Part shown: one piece after another, positions 40,217-45,487 of the stretch
How the letters are laid out: the number at the start of each line of letters is the position of its first letter
Position numbering within the stretch: position 1 is the stretch's first letter
Source: Candidatus Omnitrophota bacterium
Lineage (GTDB): Bacteria; Omnitrophota; Gorgyraeia; Gygaellales; Profunditerraquicolaceae
Direction of reading: 5' to 3'
DNA: 64,000 nt
NCBI GenBank assembly: GCA_020058085.1
Contig: JAGVER010000003.1
Location: 3,708 to 67,707, forward strand
Program-made: the position numbers and the translations under genes
The notes under the pieces: model-generated
What the model saw: the letters and a program-made list of their open reading frames with translations, nothing else
What the model was told of the DNA's origin: nothing
The model's database searches: none

Positions 40217-41905
40217 ATGAATAGCCACAAGATACTTAATCTCGCCGTATTAAATTCAATCTCTCAGGAAAAATTAAGCAAAGAGTTAAACATATCTAAG
40301 GTTCTTGCTCAAATTCTCATTAATCGCGGCCTAACCGATCCTCTCCAGGCCGAGAAATTTCTTAATGTAAGCCTAAAAGAGATGCATGACCCGTTTTCTT
40401 TTTCAGATATGGCTCAAGTAGTTGATAGGATTAAGCGGGCTGCGACAAAAAAAGAAAAGATTATGGTTTTTGGCGATTATGATGTTGATGGTATAACCAG
40501 TGTAGCTATTCTTAAGAATAATCTGGATAAGCTGGGCTTAAACGCTGACTATTATCTGCCTCATCGCATCAAAGAGGGATATGGTTTGCCTAAAAACATA
40601 TTAAAGATTGCTCAAGAGAGAAAGATTAATCTTGTTATTACTGCTGACTGCGGAACAAGTAATAGCCGTGAAGTAGAGGATTTAAAGCGGCATAATATCA
40701 ATACTATTATTACTGATCATCATGAACCTTCGATCAAAGATTTACCTTCCGCAGTAGGTATTATTAACCCGAAAGTTAAAAATTCTACCTATAAATACCG
40801 GGAATTAGCCGGAGTAGGAGTTGCTTATAAATTATGCCAGGCTCTTACGCAATCAAAGTTGATAGATGATCTGGATTTAGTGACCTTAGGTACAATCGCT
40901 GATGTAGTTCCTTTAACCGGAGAGAATCGTGTATTTGTAAAAGAAGGGTTGAAAGCTTTCCCGCAGACGAAAAGGCCGGGGCTTAAAGCAATGATCGAGA
41001 ATGCGGGGATAAAGAATAAGAAATTTACTCCTACATTTGTCAGTTTTATCATTGGCCCGAGATTAAATGCTTCGGGCCGGATGGATTCAGCGGATGCTTC
41101 CTTAAAATTATTAATGACAAGTAATGATCAAGAGGCGCAGGAATTGGCAGGTCTACTTGAGCAGCATAACCGCTCGCGCCAGCGCATCGAAGGCAAGATT
41201 TTAGAAGAGGCGGAAGCGATTATTAATAAAGATGTCAATTTTAAGAAACATAAAGTAATCGTAGTAGCCAAAGAAGACTGGCATCAGGGTGTTTTAGGTA
41301 TAGTAGCCTCAAAACTTGCGGATAGATTCTATCGCCCGGCAATTGTTATCTCTCTTAACGAAGATATTTGCAAAGGGTCAGGGCGCTCAATAAAGAACTT
41401 CCATCTTTTCCACGCGCTTGGCGAATGCAGTGAATTTTTACATGCTTTTGGCGGCCACGCTCATGCTGTAGGGCTGACAATTACCCGCGAAAGCATTGAC
41501 GATTTTAGGGATAGTATTAACCGCTTAGCGCATGACAAATTGTCCTTTGAAGATCTTCTGCCTAGCTTAGAAGTTGATATGGAATTAAGTTTAGCGGATT
41601 TGAATGAGAAAACAGTCCAAGAATTAGAAAAATTAGAGCCTTTTGGCATGGGTAATCCTGAACCTTTATTCTATACCCGTGGCCTTAAGCTAAAAGGAGA
41701 GCCTCAAAATCTTGCCCGTGAAACAATAAAATTCTGGGTTACTGATGGCGAGAATACTCATCAGGTTATAGGTTTCGGGATGAGCAGCCTGACAATGGAT
41801 CTTAAAGAAGCAGATACTTTAGATTTAGTCTATAATGCGCGGATGGATAACTGGGGAGATGAACCTTCGGTGATCTTAGAGGCTAAGGATATTTTCTTTA
41901 AATAA
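40217..41905 (+). CDS. recJ: Single-stranded-DNA-specific exonuclease RecJ
   Basis: DHH family motifs VFGDYDVDGITS, ITADCG, ITDHHEP and GGHAHAVG. Confidence 0.95.
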   Translation: MNSHKILNLAVLNSISQEKLSKELNISKVLAQILINRGLTDPLQAEKFLNVSLKEMHDPFSFSDMAQVVDRIKRAATKKEKIMVFGDYDVDGITSVAILKNNLDKLGLNADYYLPHRIKEGYGLPKNILKIAQERKINLVITADCGTSNSREVEDLKRHNINTIITDHHEPSIKDLPSAVGIINPKVKNSTYKYRELAGVGVAYKLCQALTQSKLIDDLDLVTLGTIADVVPLTGENRVFVKEGLKAFPQTKRPGLKAMIENAGIKNKKFTPTFVSFIIGPRLNASGRMDSADASLKLLMTSNDQEAQELAGLLEQHNRSRQRIEGKILEEAEAIINKDVNFKKHKVIVVAKEDWHQGVLGIVASKLADRFYRPAIVISLNEDICKGSGRSIKNFHLFHALGECSEFLHAFGGHAHAVGLTITRESIDDFRDSINRLAHDKLSFEDLLPSLEVDMELSLADLNEKTVQELEKLEPFGMGNPEPLFYTRGLKLKGEPQNLARETIKFWVTDGENTHQVIGFGMSSLTMDLKEADTLDLVYNARMDNWGDEPSVILEAKDIFFK

Positions 41906-41910
41906 ACTTT

Positions 41911-42138
41911 TTAAGCTTTCTTAAGATCGCCTTTTTTGATACATTTGGCGCAGACGTAAACTCTTGTAGGTTGGCCTTTAATAAGAATACGTATTTTTTG
42001 CAGGTTGGGAAAGAATTTGCGCATACTCCAGCGGCTGATCTTAGAACCTGTTCCGCCTTTAGCCTTATATTGGCCTTTGCGCGCGACAGTTTTACCTTTG
42101 AGTGCACCTTTTCCACATAAAGCACATTTTTTAAGCAT
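41911..42138 (-). CDS. rpmB: Ribosomal protein L28
   Basis: MLKKCALCGKGALKGKTVA...RKFFPNLQKIRILIKGQPTRVYVCAKCIKKG is the L28 pattern. The overlapping ORF 41898..42125 is the wrong frame. Confidence 0.85.
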   Translation of the reverse strand: MLKKCALCGKGALKGKTVARKGQYKAKGGTGSKISRWSMRKFFPNLQKIRILIKGQPTRVYVCAKCIKKGDLKKA

Positions 42139-42168
42139 CTTCGTTACTCCTTAGTTATTAATTGAACT

Positions 42169-42196
42169 AGTATACTTGAAAAAGTGGCATTGTCAA
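42169..42196 (-). promoter_or_regulatory. Sigma70-type promoter for rpmB (minus strand)
   Basis: The minus strand reads TTGACA (complement of 42191-42196), a 16-bp spacer, then TATACT (complement of 42169-42174). Confidence 0.65.
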
Positions 42197-42246
42197 GAGG
42201 GTTTCTCATCTAGCCTGTTTCTCTCCGATTTTAAGCGTAGGTTATG

Positions 42247-42304
42247 GGGGACGGTTCTATTTTTCCATTTTTCTAGGTTTCTATTGAAAAATAGAACTGT
42301 CCCC
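42247..42304. promoter_or_regulatory. 18-bp inverted repeat (1 mismatch) between the divergent rpmB and HTH promoters; operator or insulator/terminator hairpin
   Basis: GGGGACGGTTCTATTTTT (42247-42264) pairs with AAAAATAGAACTGTCCCC (42287-42304), followed by TAGTTTTT. A related half-site, GGACAGATAGTTCTA, occurs near 45320. Confidence 0.55.
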
Positions 42305-42320
42305 TAGTTTTTAAAAGAAC

Positions 42321-42349
42321 TTGACATTTATACACCAATGGCGTATACT
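42321..42349 (+). promoter_or_regulatory. Sigma70-type promoter for the XRE HTH gene
   Basis: TTGACA (42321-42326), a 17-bp spacer, then TATACT (42344-42349), 22 nt before the ATG. A GGAGG RBS is present. Confidence 0.7.
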
Positions 42350-42371
42350 TTAAGTGTGAAGGAGGCGCAAT

Positions 42372-42662
42372 ATGAACAATAAGAACTTTGGAGATTTATT
42401 AACAAGTATCGGACAGGCTAGGAAGATACATAGCGGCAGAATGAAACCCGGGAATATCTCTAAGTTTCATCCAATAATTGTAAAAAGAATACGTAAGAAA
42501 CTCCATAAATCCCAAACCGAATTTGCCTATTTAATCGGAGTTAGCGTTGATACTTTGCAGAATTGGGAACAGGGTAGGAGAAGGCCCGAAGGCCCGGCAT
42601 TGGCATTACTAAGAGTAGCGCAGTCTAATCCGGAAGTTGTTATAAAAGCTCTACATGCATAA
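42372..42662 (+). CDS. XRE-family HTH protein with MqsA/NadS-type antitoxin-like architecture, no cognate toxin ORF adjacent
   Basis: 96 aa. IRKKLHKSQTEFAYLIGVSVDTLQNWEQGRRRPEGPALALLRVAQSNPEVV is a classic HTH with the RxPxGxAxxLL tail. It has its own TTGACA-17-TATACT promoter. Confidence 0.75.
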   Translation: MNNKNFGDLLTSIGQARKIHSGRMKPGNISKFHPIIVKRIRKKLHKSQTEFAYLIGVSVDTLQNWEQGRRRPEGPALALLRVAQSNPEVVIKALHA

Positions 42663-42727
42663 TTTGTCCTTTAGAGCCCCATTTTTAAGGTTGCACCCGT
42701 ATTGAATCAGCAGTAGAATAAGTTTTG

Positions 42728-42976
42728 TAAATGTCTCTGGCAAGCTTCTCGCTCAGGTCGATTTTGCCACATAAAGTTACTATTTAGGCAATGCCAATGA
42801 TCTTTCGTATTTCGGCGGCAAAACAACTCGCGCTTCGGCTTCTGGCCTTGGCGCTCAAACAGTTTTGCCGTGCCTGTGTTGTCTCCCGCCTATGGCGGTA
42901 TCCACAGGCATTTCCTCAGTGCTCAAGCTCCATTGGCTAAAATCGACATTCGCTCGAACCATGCCAGAGACATTTA
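42728..42976 (+). repeat. ~249-bp element with 15-bp perfect terminal inverted repeats and several internal hairpins (MITE-like or structured ncRNA)
   Basis: TAAATGTCTCTGGCA (42728-42742) is the exact reverse complement of 42962-42976. The sub-terminal arms also pair (GTCGATTTTGCC / GGCTAAAATCGAC). Internal stems include CGGCAAAAC/GTTTTGCCG, GCCTGTG/CACAGGC and CCGCC/GGCGG. Confidence 0.7.
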
Positions 42977-43106
42977 AATAGGCTGAGGAGTCATTGGGAT
43001 TCATTGATTTGTTAGTAGCTATCTAGAAACGGTCTGGAATTTTTCGGATGATCATGTTGACAAAGGAGTAAAGAAATTGGATTTTTGACGGAGAGAATAT
43101 TAATTC

Positions 43107-44225
43107 ATGTTTGGACAATGGTTGGGCGGGACAATAGGAACAAATAAAGGTTTTTGTGTTTTGAATATAGAACCCGGTGCGCCATTAGAAGGCAGAATAA
43201 TGTTTTTTGACATGGACCAAACAAAGCATTCAATGTGGGCAAGCGTCTCTTTTAAGATAGAAAATGACAAGATAACAGGTAATTTATACAATTATCTGGT
43301 TTTCTACAAAAACGAATTAATAAAAAGCGAGGAATTAAATAAAGAAATCGCGCCTGAAAGATATCCAGTTACTGGCGAAATTAACGGCTCATTTATAGGA
43401 GGAAAGCTCAAGGGTAATTTTAAAACTAATGTAAATACTTTTGGAGAGTTTATTCTTACTAAAACCGTGCTTGGAGAGCCAACTAAGCCTAATCGAGAAA
43501 TGAGTTGGGGTGAATATAAGAAATTTGTCAGCGAGCTTGATCGAACCAACAAAGTCATAATCTTCCGGGGTCAATCCAATAATAATCAAAGATTAGTGAC
43601 TACTTACCATAGGTCAGGTAGGGCGGATTTATTTAGATATCTTGGTGGCGATATCCCAAATTTAGTTCGTTTTATAAATTTGATTCCGCCATACAAGTAT
43701 GATTTAAACAAAATCGGAGATCTTGATGCATTGTTAGGATTAGTTCAGCACCACGAATACCCAACTCCTTTCCTTGATTGGACAGAATCACCTTATATTG
43801 CTGCCTATTTCGCTTATAGAAAAGCAAAAAATGACCAACAGACCGACAAGGTTAGAATTTTCATTTTTGATACTGTTCCCTGGGTAAGTTTTTGGCAGGC
43901 AATAGCTCAAAACACTATATTAATAGCACCTAAGCCCGTTATTTCTATTCATAATCTTACCTCAACGAATAATAACCGAGCTATTCGACAAAAAGCAGTT
44001 TCAGTATTTTCTAATATTGTCGATATGGAAGCTTTTTTTGATGCGTCCAAAGAAACGGGGAAGTTGCCGGATTCTTTTTTTCAAAGAATTGACTTGCCAT
44101 ATTCTGAGAAAGAAGCAGCAATGAATGATCTTTTAGATATGGAGATTAGCACCGCAACATTATTCCCAGGTTTAGATGGGGTTTGTAGGTTCTTAAGTGA
44201 GCAATATTTTGGGAAAATAAATTAA
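43107..44225 (+). CDS. FRG-domain protein with unassigned ~130-aa N-terminal domain
   Basis: VIIFRGQSNNNQRLVTTYHR (the FRG motif at nt 43563-43571) and LGLVQHHEYPTPFLDWTESPYIAAYFA (the QHxGxPTxxLDWTxSP core of the FRG family). Confidence 0.75.
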   Translation: MFGQWLGGTIGTNKGFCVLNIEPGAPLEGRIMFFDMDQTKHSMWASVSFKIENDKITGNLYNYLVFYKNELIKSEELNKEIAPERYPVTGEINGSFIGGKLKGNFKTNVNTFGEFILTKTVLGEPTKPNREMSWGEYKKFVSELDRTNKVIIFRGQSNNNQRLVTTYHRSGRADLFRYLGGDIPNLVRFINLIPPYKYDLNKIGDLDALLGLVQHHEYPTPFLDWTESPYIAAYFAYRKAKNDQQTDKVRIFIFDTVPWVSFWQAIAQNTILIAPKPVISIHNLTSTNNNRAIRQKAVSVFSNIVDMEAFFDASKETGKLPDSFFQRIDLPYSEKEAAMNDLLDMEISTATLFPGLDGVCRFLSEQYFGKIN

Positions 44226-44236
44226 TTCCTATATAA

Positions 44237-44255
44237 TAGGCACATTTTGGGCACA
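44237..44255 (+). repeat. 19-nt direct repeat copy 1, 12 nt after the FRG gene stop
   Basis: TAGGCACATTTTGGGCACA, containing GGCACA-N4-GGGCACA. Confidence 0.7.
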
Positions 44256-44356
44256 AAGCAAAAAAGTGATGTTCTTAACTTGCTGCAAGATAACAGATAA
44301 AAGTTAATTGATGTAGAGCGAGGTGTTCTAATACCATGTTAGAATGAGGGTTGCAA

Positions 44357-45205
44357 ATGAAAGTTATTGCTCCGCTATTCAACTTTTGGTGTAAAGAGGG
44401 AATATCAGAATTTAAAATTACAAAATACTTCTCAATAAAGAAAGAAAAATACAACATAAAGAATGATGATGCAAAAGATTTTTTGTCCAAATATGAAAGA
44501 AGCGATATCTCTGAATGTGATTTTTTGGCAGAGATTGATAATGAGCCCAAAGATTTGAGTCCGGGAGAAATACTGAATGCATTTCTTTTGTCTATCTGGT
44601 TTATAGGACCTACTAAAGTCACAATTACCCATAGATTTGAAGAACCAAATACTATTTCAAGAATGCTGGATAGATTTCAACCTAATAAAAAAGATATATT
44701 TAAAGAAGAGCTATCAAAGGAGGATCTAAATACAGTTGCAAATTATTTCAAGTTGCTAATCAAGATAAGAAGAAGTAAAAAAAGATTATTCACTGCACTT
44801 GCTAATACATATCAAGGATGTATTGCACACCAATGGAAAGTAGCTTTTGTTCTTTTTACTGCAGCATTAGAAGCTATGTTGACATATAGCAGAGATGTGG
44901 GGATAACTAAACGATTATCTAAATCTTATGCTTGTGTAGTAGGAAAGACTAAATACAAAAGAGACCGCTACTATAGGCAATTTTATGGTCTTTACAGTGT
45001 ACGTTCAGATATAATGCATGGAAGAATAAGAAAATATTCAAAACCAGAAGGAAATTTGAAGTCTCTTTCAAAATTAGCAATATTATTAAGAAAACTATGG
45101 CAGGGTATATTAGAGAATGCTGCTTTATTAAATGCTTTAGAAAAAGACGATATGAACAGAAAACATTTTTTCAAGAATTTGGAACAGGGATATATTGCAC
45201 CTTGA
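44357..45205 (+). CDS. HEPN-like protein (Rx4H motif), function unknown (alternative TTG start at 44351)
   Basis: The C-terminal helical region has FTAALEAMLTY ... FYGLYSVRSDIMHGR, with R-S-D-I-M-H at nt 45002-45019. The N-terminal ~140 aa are unassigned. Confidence 0.6.
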   Translation: MKVIAPLFNFWCKEGISEFKITKYFSIKKEKYNIKNDDAKDFLSKYERSDISECDFLAEIDNEPKDLSPGEILNAFLLSIWFIGPTKVTITHRFEEPNTISRMLDRFQPNKKDIFKEELSKEDLNTVANYFKLLIKIRRSKKRLFTALANTYQGCIAHQWKVAFVLFTAALEAMLTYSRDVGITKRLSKSYACVVGKTKYKRDRYYRQFYGLYSVRSDIMHGRIRKYSKPEGNLKSLSKLAILLRKLWQGILENAALLNALEKDDMNRKHFFKNLEQGYIAP

Positions 45206-45226
45206 GAGAACATAATAATTTATTTT

Positions 45227-45245
45227 TAGGCATTTTTTGGGCACA
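45227..45245 (+). repeat. 19-nt direct repeat copy 2, 22 nt after the HEPN-like gene stop
   Basis: TAGGCATTTTTTGGGCACA, identical to copy 1 at 17 of 19 positions and lying 990 bp from it. Confidence 0.7.
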
Positions 45246-45371
45246 TGGTAATTGAAGAAAAATCATAACTAATTATACCATAACAAATTTAACTCATTTT
45301 GAGTTAGGACAGATAGTTCTAACTACTTCTGCTTGGGATTTTTATTTATAAGCGGTATAATTGAAGAGTAA

Positions 45372-45471
45372 TTAGCGGGTGACTTGGTTTGCACCTTGCC
45401 TCAAAGGATAGGCAAGTGCGCCCTTTTGGGCGATTACGAGCAGCATGTTAAGCCAAGGCAGGACCCGCTAA
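45372..45471 (+). repeat. Structured GC-rich element A (outer stem plus two adjacent hairpins) 16 nt upstream of the helicase-nuclease start
   Basis: Outer stem TTAGCGGGT/ACCCGCTAA. Hairpin 1 is GCACCTTGCCT/AGGCAAGTGC. Hairpin 2 is CGCCC-TTTT-GGGCG. Confidence 0.7.
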
Positions 45472-45487
45472 ACACGAAATTATAATC

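Noticed and set aside
41898-42125. 75-aa minus-strand ORF overlapping rpmB in another frame
   Set aside because: The 41911..42138 frame gives a recognisable L28 sequence. The other frame has no family resemblance.
42945-42965. A tRNA-like T-arm suggested by the reverse-strand sequence GGTTCGAGC, and more generally tRNA/tmRNA/RNase P/SRP genes in the large gaps (12.38-12.69, 42.66-43.1, 45.2-45.5, 50.07-50.3 kb)
   Set aside because: No cloverleaf can be drawn around the motif. None of the universal signatures I know appears: no GGAAAGTCC for RNase P, no tmRNA tag ORF with a tRNA-like end, no SRP domain IV motif.
42728-42976. Retron-like msr/msd ncRNA or a type III toxin-antitoxin RNA upstream of the FRG gene
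   Set aside because: Flanking inverted repeats and dense structure are reminiscent of retron ncRNA. However, no reverse transcriptase is encoded anywhere in the window, and there are no tandem direct RNA repeats as in ToxI-type antitoxins. A second, decayed copy sits in an unrelated locus, which favours a repeat family.
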